64,000 nt of DNA. Origin: a virus. The stretch is from positions 1 through 64,000 of the IMG/VR virus record IMGVR_UViG_3300021197_001995, one strand, 5' to 3'. This document shows, one piece after another, positions 18,560 to 30,800 of the stretch; the stretch's first letter is position 1; every line of letters starts with the position of its first letter. Both the position numbers and the translations under genes were made by a program. The notes under the pieces are model-generated. The model searched no databases, was not told where the DNA came from, and saw nothing but the letters and a program-made list of their open reading frames with translations.

Positions 18560-18813
18560 TGCCGGTATATACGTACCACTGCAACGAGTGTAAGTTTGAG
18601 TTTGAAGCACGACATTCGATGTCTTACGAATCTCAAGCTTGTAAATCTTGCGCATCACCTAATGTTACCCGGGTACCCTCAAGTTTGGGGGCCGCAAAGT
18701 CTGCAATGGGAAGTGTGCCCCAAAGACTTGGGTCGGTTGTGAAAGAATTTATTGAATCAACGAAAAAAGAAGTAGGCTCCGATAAAAAAGCCCTGAAATC
18801 GAGGGAGATGTAA
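18559..18813 (+). CDS. FmdB-family zinc-ribbon protein
   Basis: MPVYTYHCNEC..EFE......ACKSC.....R..S. Confidence 0.8.
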   Translation: MPVYTYHCNECKFEFEARHSMSYESQACKSCASPNVTRVPSSLGAAKSAMGSVPQRLGSVVKEFIESTKKEVGSDKKALKSREM

Positions 18814-18814
18814 A

Positions 18815-19120
18815 ATGTGGTTCTGGGTATTCATAGCGTCTGCAGCTTTTAATTTGTTGTTTGCGTTATATATAAGATGGCTGCTAAAGTCTGTAGCGGC
18901 GATAAACGAAGAAATAGAACAAGTATACTCTTCTGTAAGTGAGTTTTCTTCTCACTTGTCAAGTATTCACGAGATGGAAATGTTTTACGGGGATCAAACA
19001 CTTAAGGGGTTAATAGACCATGCGAGTACTCTATCAAGCCAATTGGATAATCTGGATCTGATTCTTAACGAAGGTGACAACGAAGAGGAGGTGCCCCTTG
19101 GAGACGAGACCAAAGAGTAA
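18815..19120 (+). CDS. Small membrane-anchored coiled-coil protein
   Basis: N-terminal TM helix WFWVFIASAAFNLLFALYI. Confidence 0.6.
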   Translation: MWFWVFIASAAFNLLFALYIRWLLKSVAAINEEIEQVYSSVSEFSSHLSSIHEMEMFYGDQTLKGLIDHASTLSSQLDNLDLILNEGDNEEEVPLGDETKE

Positions 19121-19805
19121 GAGAAGGAAGCGTACAAAAAATAATTATTTCACAAAGGTACACGAAGACGCAATTGTAAAATACGCTCTGTCCGTTAGCA
19201 GACAAGAAAAGTCTAAACTTTACATTTCTTTAATTCAACCAGCCTTCGATGAGATGGTTAATAAGATAATCTTTACCTATAAATTTAATAATTTACCGAA
19301 CATAGATTACTTAAGAGATGACTGTAAAATTTGGTTGACAACCATTCTTGACAAGTATGACCCAAACAAAGGGTCAAAGGCGTTTTCATATTTCTCTGTC
19401 GTAACCAAGAATTGGTTTATACACAAAGTAAAGCAGAATTCAAAAAAAATAAAAAGAGAGTCTTCTTATGAAACGCTCGTGCAATCAGGGGGCCCCGATT
19501 CGCTGGGCACAAAGTCTGACGTGGACGATTATGTAGAGTTGCGCGCACAGGCTGAGTTCTGGGCCCAACTTTTATGTCAAATAGACAAATGGGACACAGG
19601 TAATTTAAAGACTAGCGAGAAGCTTGTTCTCGATGCTGTAAAAGTCTTAATGCATAACATTGAAGACATCGAAATTTTCAACAAGAAAGCTGTGTACCTT
19701 TATCTTAGAGAGTTGACAGGTTTGAATACGAAACAGGTCGTAAACAATTTAAACAAGTTGAGAGAAAAATATAGGGTTTTTAAAGGAAAGTGGGATAGGG
19801 CATAA
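19098..19805 (+). CDS. Phage sigma factor, T4 gp55-like (late transcription)
   Basis: Sigma region-2-like KYDPNKGSKAFSYFSVVTKNWFI and N-terminal NYFT. GAGGAGG SD precedes the TTG at 19098. Located just upstream of the virion genes. Confidence 0.7.
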   Translation: METRPKSKRRKRTKNNYFTKVHEDAIVKYALSVSRQEKSKLYISLIQPAFDEMVNKIIFTYKFNNLPNIDYLRDDCKIWLTTILDKYDPNKGSKAFSYFSVVTKNWFIHKVKQNSKKIKRESSYETLVQSGGPDSLGTKSDVDDYVELRAQAEFWAQLLCQIDKWDTGNLKTSEKLVLDAVKVLMHNIEDIEIFNKKAVYLYLRELTGLNTKQVVNNLNKLREKYRVFKGKWDRA

Positions 19806-19818
19806 TTTTACGTCTATG

Positions 19819-19825
19819 CTATTTA
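19819..19825 (+). promoter_or_regulatory. Putative phage late promoter core CTATTTA
   Basis: Intergenic, 7 nt before the ATG at 19833. The same heptamer precedes genes at 3618, 32032, 55208 and 61031. Confidence 0.5.
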
Positions 19826-19832
19826 ATAAAGT

Positions 19833-20147
19833 ATGAAGAAACAAGATTTACAAAACTACATCGATCAAGCAACGTCTAACGTAACAGACGACAGAGCCGC
19901 GACAAAGACGCTTCTGATGAGCCTGATGAAGTTTATGCAGACCGGCGATGACCGTCACAGAGAACTTGGCTTGGTCGCTGCAAAATATCTTGAAACACTT
20001 CAAAGATCCAACGAACAGTTGGTTAAGCTAGCCGCGCTCCTTCAAAAAAACGAGAAGACCGCAGAGAACATAACAGAAGAGGATAAGCGAGAGTTGTTTG
20101 AAATGATAAATGACTCAAGCATTTCAGAAGATGACGAAAAAAACTAA
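19833..20147 (+). CDS. Hypothetical helical protein
   Basis: 104-aa ORF after a CTATTTA element. Confidence 0.6.
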   Translation: MKKQDLQNYIDQATSNVTDDRAATKTLLMSLMKFMQTGDDRHRELGLVAAKYLETLQRSNEQLVKLAALLQKNEKTAENITEEDKRELFEMINDSSISEDDEKN

Positions 20148-20778
20148 TCTAGATGACATAGTAAACATTACCCTTGACGGCCGCCACCGGGATGCGATAT
20201 ATAACAACGACAACGTTCAAAATCCTGTGGATAAGATCCGCGCGATGCTGGACAAAATAAAATCGACTCATCAAAGCCTAAGGTCAGATAAAGAAGAGCT
20301 GTTCGGATACAATCTTTTTAGTAGAAGAGTTACGATGAACGAATTTGTAATGATGTACCCAGAAGACAGCGCCTTTTTTAAAGAGTTGCTAAATCACAAA
20401 AACGTCAACAAAGCAAACGCCGCGGCCCACTTTGTCGAATGTAGAATTCACATACCAGAGATAACTGGCCTTTTTCCCCTACCGGATTGGAGCATCTTAC
20501 GAGAACAAAACAAACTGTATGACGATTATGAGAATGTGTCCGCAGAAAACAACCAGAAAAAAATGAAAGAGATAGATAAGAAAATAGAAGATACAAACAA
20601 AAAACTCTTTAAAGAGATTTTAAAAATAAACTTATATCCTCGTATGTATTATTATACCGCTATCGGAGAAAGTATTGACAAAGGCGGCTTTTGTAAAGTA
20701 AAATTTACAAAATCTATGCCAACGATGGCCACCGGTTTGGTTTTAGAAATTTTAGACGACGGAGTTATAATCACTTGA
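20131..20778 (+). CDS. Hypothetical protein, possibly the N-terminal OB-fold part of a baseplate spike
   Basis: ECRIHIPE-type motif; directly upstream of the spike-like gene. Confidence 0.45.
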   Translation: MTKKTNLDDIVNITLDGRHRDAIYNNDNVQNPVDKIRAMLDKIKSTHQSLRSDKEELFGYNLFSRRVTMNEFVMMYPEDSAFFKELLNHKNVNKANAAAHFVECRIHIPEITGLFPLPDWSILREQNKLYDDYENVSAENNQKKMKEIDKKIEDTNKKLFKEILKINLYPRMYYYTAIGESIDKGGFCKVKFTKSMPTMATGLVLEILDDGVIIT

Positions 20779-20801
20779 GAGAAATAGGGAGAAATTAAGA
20801 C

Positions 20802-21842
20802 ATGTCTTCATTCAAAAAAAAAGAGAATCCATCAAAAGCTTATACCATACATTTACCTTTTGAGCAGGGATTCAACGGAAAAGGTAAGAGGAGATTAGAC
20901 GAACCCGCTCCGCTTCCGTCTCTCCGTACTGGCGATGAACTCATTACAGGCAAAGTCGACAACAACGCAAGAATTGTTCTTGGACGAGATCGCGACCCAT
21001 TCGGAGCAGGACCTAGAGGAATAAAAGAGTTTGAGTCCATAGATGAGGACTCGATCTCACAAGTGTCTGGGTATTCCGATTACATGGGCGCCGGCGCCAT
21101 AGACATCGTTGTGGGGTCTGGGGCCCCTTACCCAATGGATATGTCTAAACTTGAAAGGCCCAACAACCTACCTCCGATCTATACTACTGCGAACTCTCTT
21201 AAGCTTAAAGCCTCTTTTTTGTCTGATCAATCCGGGCATCCCGGAGTTTTAATGGACGCAGCCAGAATTTACATAACTCAAATGTCCGACATCGACGACT
21301 ACTTTGGCATAGCCAAGAGAGGATTTAAGACAGACCTGGGGCCCACATCCGCAATAATGATGAAAGCTGACAGAATACGCTTACACTCCAGAAGAGACAT
21401 TAAAATCATCGCCGGTAAAGAGTCCGGCGTCGACATTGATTCAAATGGTTATCTTATCAAGGAGAAGCCAAGAATTCACCTCATGGCGGGAAATGGCACT
21501 CTTGGTAACCAACAGCCCATTCCACTAGGTGACAACCTAGTGGAATGTATAAAATCAATATTCGAGGCTCTTCAAGACAACTTGGAGATAATGCATTCAA
21601 TTACAAAGTCTCAAGCTGAGTTGAACACTGTGGTGGAAAATAGTATAAGAGTAAACCCAGCCGGCCCAACAGCGCCAGACTTTGTCTCTCAGATCGCCGG
21701 CGTATTTAAAAAACTATCGGACATGAAAGACATATTTAGCATTTATTATTCGAAGTTCTTAAACTTGCCCGGGCAAGAATTGACATACCTGGAACCATCA
21801 TCGACCAAATACATTTTGAGCAGATATAATACCACCAACTAA
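20802..21842 (+). CDS. Putative baseplate hub/spike protein (gp5-like beta-helix region)
   Basis: NARIVLGRDR, DAARIYITQ, SAIMMKADRIRLHSRRDIKI and QPIPLGDNL; position upstream of gp25/wedge genes. Confidence 0.45.
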   Translation: MSSFKKKENPSKAYTIHLPFEQGFNGKGKRRLDEPAPLPSLRTGDELITGKVDNNARIVLGRDRDPFGAGPRGIKEFESIDEDSISQVSGYSDYMGAGAIDIVVGSGAPYPMDMSKLERPNNLPPIYTTANSLKLKASFLSDQSGHPGVLMDAARIYITQMSDIDDYFGIAKRGFKTDLGPTSAIMMKADRIRLHSRRDIKIIAGKESGVDIDSNGYLIKEKPRIHLMAGNGTLGNQQPIPLGDNLVECIKSIFEALQDNLEIMHSITKSQAELNTVVENSIRVNPAGPTAPDFVSQIAGVFKKLSDMKDIFSIYYSKFLNLPGQELTYLEPSSTKYILSRYNTTN

Positions 21843-21867
21843 GTAAAAGAAGGAAAAAAGATTCACA

Positions 21868-24800
21868 ATGGCTTTTAAAATAGAAATTCAACATAACTCC
21901 TCGACTCTGTCCTTTGTGCCCAGATCAGTCGGCGATGTAGGGCGCGACATTTTAGCTGTTAAAGTGGCACTGGGGCTGATAAAAGAAATAAGCAACGGTA
22001 GAGTAATTTCAGATAACTCAAACAATGAAGGTTATGAGTTCAGTCCAGAAATTCCACTAGACCGGCAGAATTGGTTTGATTGTCAAACCGGCCTCGGATC
22101 TGACCTAAAGACAGCGTGCTTGTTTGACTTGCCCTTGCAGTCCGCTATCACGACTTTCCAGATCGAAAATAGGTTTTTAATTACAAATTATTTGTTTGAG
22201 AAATACTCAACAAGAAAAATAATACAAGAGACTGTTGGTTTCCAGAGCATGCCTTCATCGGAATATCAAGCAATTGTAGAATCCGAGGTCTCTTTGTCTA
22301 TCCTTTCATACGATGAAGAGTTTGGATCCCTGGGAGAAGGGACCCTCGCAGTGCTGCATGGCTGGAGGCCACAAACCATTATTTCAAACGATGGTTATGT
22401 ACACGATAGAAATTTATTCAATTCATCAGATAAAATCGTTGACATTGTCCCTGAAGCCATCTGGCGCTTGGCTACCCGCTCGACGCGCTCTAACTTGGCC
22501 GACCGCGGCTACATTTTGCGCACCAACCCATCGAATCCCGAGTCTCGCATCGCCACGCGGCAAAACGACGCGTCTAGACTTGAAGCTTACATCGCCCAAG
22601 CACCCTCATATAAGGACTGGATAAGAGACATATCTGGAATCCGCTTCGATGAACTGATACCATACCGCGGCATAGATTATAAGGTTTCCTGGGAAAACAC
22701 AAGCATGTTAATTTCACCTTCCAGAATAGTGGTAAACCAGACAGAAGAATTTGGAGACGTCGCGCTTTTAGGGCCCACTGAATTGAGAGAAAGAATGAAC
22801 AATTTTTTCTATCCAGATCCGTTTTCTACGTCCAAGCCTTTTATTATTGACGAAAATAGAATAGGTATTTTTTACGAGACAAACTTTGAATTATCCTCAG
22901 CGGGCCCCCTGCCTACACACCAGGACGCAGAGGTGATCGAAATAGAAGATCTGGCGCTCAAGGAGGTATTGGACTTCTATAACAAGCCGAAGGTTTGGAA
23001 TTTCATCTTAGACGACGCCACATTTTTGTCGACATATGAGATAAATCATGACGAATATTCGCCAGACCATAATGGCTCATTTCCTCTTGAAATTTCAACA
23101 GAAAGGGTCCGATCATCGAAGCTTTACAAAGCATACGAATTGCAAGAGCAATTAATTCAAAATAGAATAAAAAGATTGGAAGATTCTCTGGACACTGATC
23201 AGTCAGGGCCAAGTCACCCAAGATCGTTTGCATCTCGGGAAGAATTTGAACAATCAATTTCAACCCTTATTACCAACCACAAAGCATCCATGGATGCTTT
23301 GAGATCAAAGATGCAACGCGCACTAGCAGAGGGCGTCTTTAGGAAGCAGGACTTTTGGGTCTTAACAACGCAAGATATGCTGGATAAGATGCAGGAAGGT
23401 TCGGCTCAATCGTGGCGCCAAGTATCCAGCGAAACGACGGAACCATTAATAAAATTCATAGAGTACCGTACTCCATCCTTGCGCCCGGGACACAAATATA
23501 GGGCCCTCCTAGAAATAAATCGACACAAGCTTGATCTAATAGTATACGGAGACGATCCGGAACAAGGAACAGAACTGGTCACAATGCAACAGAACCTTGC
23601 AGCAGAAGCTCGCACTTCAAACGTTAAGGTATGCGAAAATTCAGACCCAGAACAAGCTAGGAGAACTTACGAAGAGTATAAAGTACATGCTCAGAAAAAA
23701 CGAAGAGAATTCGCCCGGGCCCTCAGGGAGAAAGTACAGGAGTCTCTAGACGTTACAACTGTGGACATGGGACCCATGGGTCCATTCAATCTCAATAACG
23801 CATTCCCGGGCTTATATGGTCTTAGCGGCATCACAGACGACTATGAATATACCAGCAAAGCCCTTAAATTACTAGTCGATACTGGGTCCCCGATCTTAGA
23901 ATTAGATTTTTGGGGCGACTATGGAGTCGACACTTCCGCAGAATCACTTAACGCAATGTTGAACGATTTAAATCTTGATGAAGATAACGCTTCACCTGCA
24001 GAGGTTGAGGCAAATTTTAAAAAAGGTTTTGGTCAGATTTTGATGCCGTGGGAGGAATTTAAAAAGAGAATTCAAACAGCGTCTGAAGATCTATCAGAAG
24101 CAGCGCGCACTATAGAGAAAGAAGCAATAAAATTCATAAGAGGGAGCAACTTCAAGCCAAAAAACGAGGCTCAGCTTCTAAAAAGGGTCGTTTCTCAAAT
24201 GGAGGAACTGCTAAACAATCCCAAAGTATTGGACTCAAATGACATGCCTATCGATAAAATTCTAGAGAAGCATGCAAAAGAAAGAGTGATGATTAGGATA
24301 GGATTCAAAACATCCGTCACGACCGAAGACCTTGGACCCAAAAACGGAAAAGATATCACGAGCATCGCCTTGTTAGTTCAAGAGACAGGGTTTTTCGGTG
24401 ATCTTGGCCAAGGCCGCCCATTCGCCGAATTAGAAGTATCGTTTGACGCGTTCGATCAAGATGCGAAAGCACAACACGCTGAGCTTCAAGCTTTTGAATC
24501 ACTGTCCAGGCCTAGAACTGTAAATTATATTAGCAATGTTGGAAAGATGACAAATCCGTTTCCTTCAACTTTTAAAGGGTTTGTTAAGTCATTCTGGGAT
24601 GATAAAAGGATGTCTTGTTCTCAGTTGGGCATAGATTCTGAAAAGGGCATAGCACTTTCACTAGTAGGTAGCTACACTTCTGGTATAGCTGTAGACTTGG
24701 AAAAAGATGATGAAGGCTTGACAGAAGCGTTTAAAGATTGGGCCACGAAAAACTTTAAAGACCCAGCAATGAAGTGGGTTGACCAATCTGCTAAAAATTA

Positions 24801-27800
24801 TGAAGACTCCAAGAAGAACACTTTTGACGAAGAAGAGGCGCTTAATGCCTTTGGAAAACTTTGCACGTTGGAAGATTTGTACAAAGAATTTATAGACAAA
24901 GTAGACCTGAAATCTCTTCTATGTGATTATCTAAAGTGCATAGGTCTACCAGCCTTTGAATTTAAGCTGCCGAACCTTTACCTCCCTCCTTTTCCAAAGA
25001 TACCTATTTTAGGGTGGTACGGAGGCCTCTGGAAATTTCTGAAGAACAGATTCAAAGAGATTTTAATCAGGATACTTTGCACCTTCGTCCGTACACTGAT
25101 AGACAAATTAGCTTTTCCTTTCTGCGAAGAACAATTAGAAGAATTCATTGCCGCCGGCTCAAGTGCTACGCCTATAATGAACAAGGCCCTGGCAGATGCT
25201 TTAACAAATACAGGCATAACCAGCGGGAACAAAGAGAAGGCAAAGGACTACTTTGATGATATTTCGCAACTGACAACTGGCAGAGAACTTTGTCACCTTC
25301 TCAGAGGAAAACCTCTCGACGCAGCCGGTATGCAAATGATGCGGAGGATGGTCGAGAAAAATGGCCTATCATCAGATTTGAATACCGACGAGGCGATCGT
25401 TAACTATTTCGGTGTACTTGGCACGTACATACCTTTTGAAATTTGTGAAGAATTGGAAAATCTAAGCGCATCTTCTTCTGACTTAGGTTCCGTCGACCCA
25501 GAAGATTGTTCGGAGCTAGCCAGTTCACTAAGGGCGATAAGAAACAGGCTGCAAACTGGTGATTCAAATTTATCGAACCAAGAGGTCGAAGATGTCCTGG
25601 CGCTAGCTCAAAAAAACCTTGACGACAGGAAGGCAGAGATCGATGCACTGTCCGGATCTAACCTAGAATTTGCACTCCCAGAAGAGTTTAATGCTGGAAG
25701 CAAACATTTGATAAACACAGAGTTACCGCCCGCAATGACTACAACTATAGATCAAATAGCAAAAGGCTTGTTTTTACCAGCAAAAGCGATCTACATTTCT
25801 TGTTTATCTAGCTATGTCCCTTCATTAAAGGTACAAACGCCTTCTGTACCAACAGCTGGGGATGAAGATTATGATCAAAACAGTACCTTAACTATGGAGG
25901 CGTGTCTAGAGCAAATGCGTAGATATGCAAGATCGATCGCCGAAGAATCCGGTGAAGGTCTGAGCTTAGTTGAAACTTTAGAAGAATCAGGCTTCTTTGA
26001 GCGCGCCAAATATCACGGCCTAGGCAATTGGTCATCTATCTCGGCAGGCATAGATGTGCCTGCAGAACTTGAATTTCTAAACCCATCCAGAGACTTGAAC
26101 AATCCACGAACGAGGGTGGAAAATCAAGAAATGATCGAAGCTTTGGTGAAGATCGACATTGCAAGGACGTTGAAACTTAAACAGATAATTTCGGCATTTA
26201 CTATTTTCGAAAATTTTGGACACTATCCCGCCGGCGCTTTTGATCACTGGGTTAGAAATTTTTATGGACCGCTTACTCTGCGTCCTAGGAACAGAGATGA
26301 ACTTGTAGGGCCCAACGGAGAGTGGTCATTCGACCAGTGGTGGCGCGTCCGCCCGGGCCAAACAGGCCTTTCCAACTCTCTAGCCGACTGTTGGCATTAC
26401 TTGACCCACGCGGCTCGACTTCCCTGGCCAAGCGACGATTTTCGAACGGTTTTCCCGGGCGTAGTTAGAAACTGGGCAGTTACGAAGTCTTTAACTTCGT
26501 CTAGGTGGTGGCGCGGCTGGAAGAGAGACACGGAAGTCGGACCAGGCGGCGGCCCCGGTAACCGATTCTTCGACGAAGATCGTCTCCAGGAGATCTATCA
26601 TCCGAGCCCCGACGAGCCTGACTCTCGCGTCGACGCACTGAGTACATGGTTTAATAAAATAGATACAATAGAGTGGAATTCTTGGTTAGAGTTGATAGTA
26701 CCTGATTCTAACACTACGGAGTACGACTTGACAGCAGCTGCCCAGCACCGTCACGCGAATGCGTCTTTGTGGAGCCTCGTGCGTACAAATAACTTCAAAA
26801 TGCCAATGCTCTCAAATCAAGTTTACTCAACGTCTTTTGAAAGATCAGAATCTTTCCTCGATGACGCCATGGCTTTCTTCTATGGAGATGCAGACTCGCC
26901 CCCTAGTTGGGGAGACTATTCTGGGTATAACTTCAATCCAAGACCCGCGCGCACAAGCACATTCCGTGAGTTAAAAGGTTCTCCTTTGTTCTTGGTCGGC
27001 GGCCCGTCTGGGAAAGAGTTTTTGCCCGACCCCGAATTCGGATCTAGAATAATGACAGACATAAATCAGTTTCGAAATTCTCCCAATGCCGGCCCTCAGG
27101 GACAGGACTTGTTTTTGCCCTTGGAAAATCTGACAGATTTCCAGCGTACTTTTCCTGATAAGTTCCGGAATCACGGTTGGGACACGGCCCATGACCTTTC
27201 TTACCCAGCCGCCGAAAATGGCCCACATCTGACGGATCCTGTCGCTAACGACGATGTCTTTGTCAAGATAGTCCCACCAAATTCGAATCTGGGTATACTA
27301 TCCGCCACGAACACTCTTCTCCCAGACGGTCCCAACATTGGAAACGCCGACGGCGAGGATTATCAATATGTTGATTTGATCCTCGGACATCCATTTCAGG
27401 AATGCCGAGTTTACAGCCCAGGAGAGATCTCTCTAAACCCAGAGGACTATTCAGGTCCTGAGCTAATTAACTATCGCGAGGGCACGGGCCCCGTGGGTTT
27501 GGATCGTATTAAATGGACTGGTGATTACCTCCCTAGACAGGGACCCTTCGGCAACAGCGATGCATTTGATTCAGCTAACAATAGCGCGGTTCAGGAGAAT
27601 TTCTTTGGAACTATTAGAGATTACCAGTTTATCGGAGGTCCCAACGATGCCGAAAATTGGGAAGCTGCGCCGTCACTCGGCACTAGTCTCACCGGTCGCA
27701 TTTTCTTTCCGAAAAGTCACACTCAACTGGGCCCTGACCAGTGGTGGACGAGGAACACAAACCGGTCCGAAAGAACATGGTATGGTCATGGCAGTCAGGT

Positions 27801-30800
27801 AGGGCGCGCCACTAATCTTGCAGGGGTGATATCCGACTGGCCGGACAATCCAGCCGGTGATGCTCACCCCCATGGGCGCCAATGGGCGGCCGATCCTGCA
27901 ATGGCCGGCTTCCCTGATTTTTATTTTTTCGCGAACGAAGAGCAGCGCCACCCGGTGCCAGACCTCGGCCGTCATAAACACCATGGTCACACTATGAGAG
28001 AACTTCAAGACGACGAGACGCGATTACCATGGGAACGCATATCAGACGACCTGCGCTTCATGCACAACCAAAGAAACTCCCACTATAGAAGGATGTCAGA
28101 GCAACTATATATGAAGATTGTGCAAGAGGCTAGTTGTTATTCTATGGTTGTCGACGACATGGTAATTCCTTTTCATGACGAGTCTTCCTTGAAAGGTTTT
28201 GTAATGGACTCTCTTAAAAATAGAATCGAAATCCTAGAAGAATCTATGGTTATTTATGGCACGAAGGCTGAAGCTACGTTTACATCGGTTTTCGAAAACC
28301 TCCCGATCGAATCACCCTTCTCTGGTTTTGGAGGGGGCTCATCAGTGTCCATACTTCCTCAAAACGTTAAAGAATTGTTCACGCTTTATGAAACGGAAAG
28401 AATCTATAAACCGGGCATGCCCAAAGACGAAAATCCGGAAAATTTTCATTTGGTACATAAAAGGTACTTCTTGGACGAAGAACAGCGAGAGCGATATATT
28501 TCGTATGGAGACTTTATTAGAATAATGAGAGACCCACTCATGAGCAGCGCTGACCGCCGGGAGTTTTACTTTAAACCCATCAACCCTGTAGATGAAGCCA
28601 TATTCGACGTCGTTGCCGCAAATTTTAACTACATAGCTCCCAATGGATCAAAAAACCCCATGCCAGACGTTGTCTTGGAAGAAGTTCTTGGTCCGCTTAT
28701 ACCCGGATTCTCCCGCGTTCTGTCAAACGATCTGTTCTTTGTAGACTCACGCGCCGAAGCATTACGCTCGATCGCGCGGCCGCTGCTGAATTCCACAAAA
28801 GACATAACACACAAGCTGTTGCTGGACGACGACCGCGATGCTCTTGTGGAAATCAACCTAGACTTAGAATTGAACACGGCCGAGAATGCTAGGACCATCT
28901 ATGAGAACAACCCAATGTTACTCGAAATCGCAGGAGTCAGGATGAATAAGCTTACAACGATCATAACTGAACTACTTCAGACATTAAACAAGGGATTTTC
29001 ACATGCACTACTACCTACTGTTTCCACTATTTTCGAACTAATTTCGAGATCACACCCGTCGATGGGTTCAAATTTAAACGCGGTTTATAGTTTAATGACA
29101 AACAACAATAGGGATTCTACTCGAATAGCGTTTAAAGTTGGCCAAGGAGCCTATTCCCCGGGGATATCTTTAGTTGACTATCCCTCAAATTCCGGCAGCC
29201 AAGATAGATTTAACATCGTAGTCGACGGAGATACAAACCTTTCACAGGGAGCGAACCATAGTTTAAAAAATAGCCCCTTCGACACAAACCCTGACTATCA
29301 AAACCCTGATTCACTAGACGGCGAAAGCACAAATTTTAGAAAAATTATGAAATTTTGCGAAGTTCTACCAGAGAGATTGAGAAGGGAAGCTTCACCCGCG
29401 GGAGAAGAAAGCTTCAATAAAAGAGAAGCATTCTCTAAACTACTAACTCAGATAATTAGAGAAAATACCCTGATCCCTCGTCAGCGACAGCCGGGAGAAG
29501 CTCGGCAGGCCCCAGAAACAGATGATAATTTCCTTCAAAATCAGCTGATCCCGGCCCTAAAGGGTGAAATTTACGATGAGATCTCAGCAAACATTATGAA
29601 CATGTTATCAGATTCTGTCTCCCAATCTCCATTATTTAACGATCAGTACTCTGACGATCTAGATTCCCGAGTCTCCGGAAAAGCGATAATCACACAGACC
29701 GGTACCGGCCGCTGCATCTCAAATAGATATTCTTTAGAAGAAGCTTCGATTTTATCATTTAACGAAGCAGTCCTGGGAGACCCCAGTCAAGAAGTGATAG
29801 TGGAAATGCAAAAACCAGAAAGTTCGCCATTCAACAGGTCTATGAACAAACTGGAACCATTTGACAAAGCTATGAGAACAGTTTCAGTTAAATCTTTTAT
29901 ACGTATTTGTTTGATAGAAATGATGTTGAAGGGTGGCCTGGCCTATTCTGTTTGGGATCTCGAATCTGTTGTTGGCTCTCCGGTTTTTATAGAATACATT
30001 AAAGAACATGTACGGAAAGAGTTGGACAAAAACAAGGCAATCGCCCCGATCTGGTCAGACGTACTTCAACGTTCCACGGGAATAAACAACCAAGTGCGCG
30101 CATTAGACATAGTAGTAAGGGAAGAGCTAGTTAAGATTCCACAGTATTCTCAACAGATTTTTCACCCTAACCAGTCTCGAATGGATTATTACAATTGGTT
30201 TGCCTATGGGAGAACACTCCTGTCAAGTGACGTTTTTAGTTACGCACTGCCGGAACTTGAAAACCAGCGCAACTTTTTTCAGAAGGAAGGCCTTTTTTAC
30301 CAATTCCCGGTACCAAAAACGGTACCATCATCCGACTCACCAGTTTTTGGGTATACCCATGCTGGATCCATGGACGTTCAAAATAGGACCAGGGCGTATA
30401 GTTCATTGAGATCATTCCCCAAATCGTCAGAAAGGATTAATGCTGCCGAGGAATTAGCTCAAAACTCTTATTTCAAAGGAGATTCTAAAGCTCCCTCCGC
30501 AAAATTGTTTTTCGAGGATTATGTTAGAGTATCCGGAGAACTCGTAGCTTTCTTCGCACACAGTCCAGTATACAATCGGGACTACGAAGAAGGTCAATTT
30601 GAATGGGTGTTTACTTTTTCTGAATTTAATTATGCAATAGAGCACTTAAATAGAGCGTCAACACCCGCAAAATTAACAAGCGTACTTCAAAACTCGACAG
30701 TGAAAATCGGAAAAAGACTGTCATTGCTTCTCAACAGAGGCCTGAATTCCGATGCAGAATTCGCAGACAGTGCAATACCCGAAATAATAAGAAGAATCAC

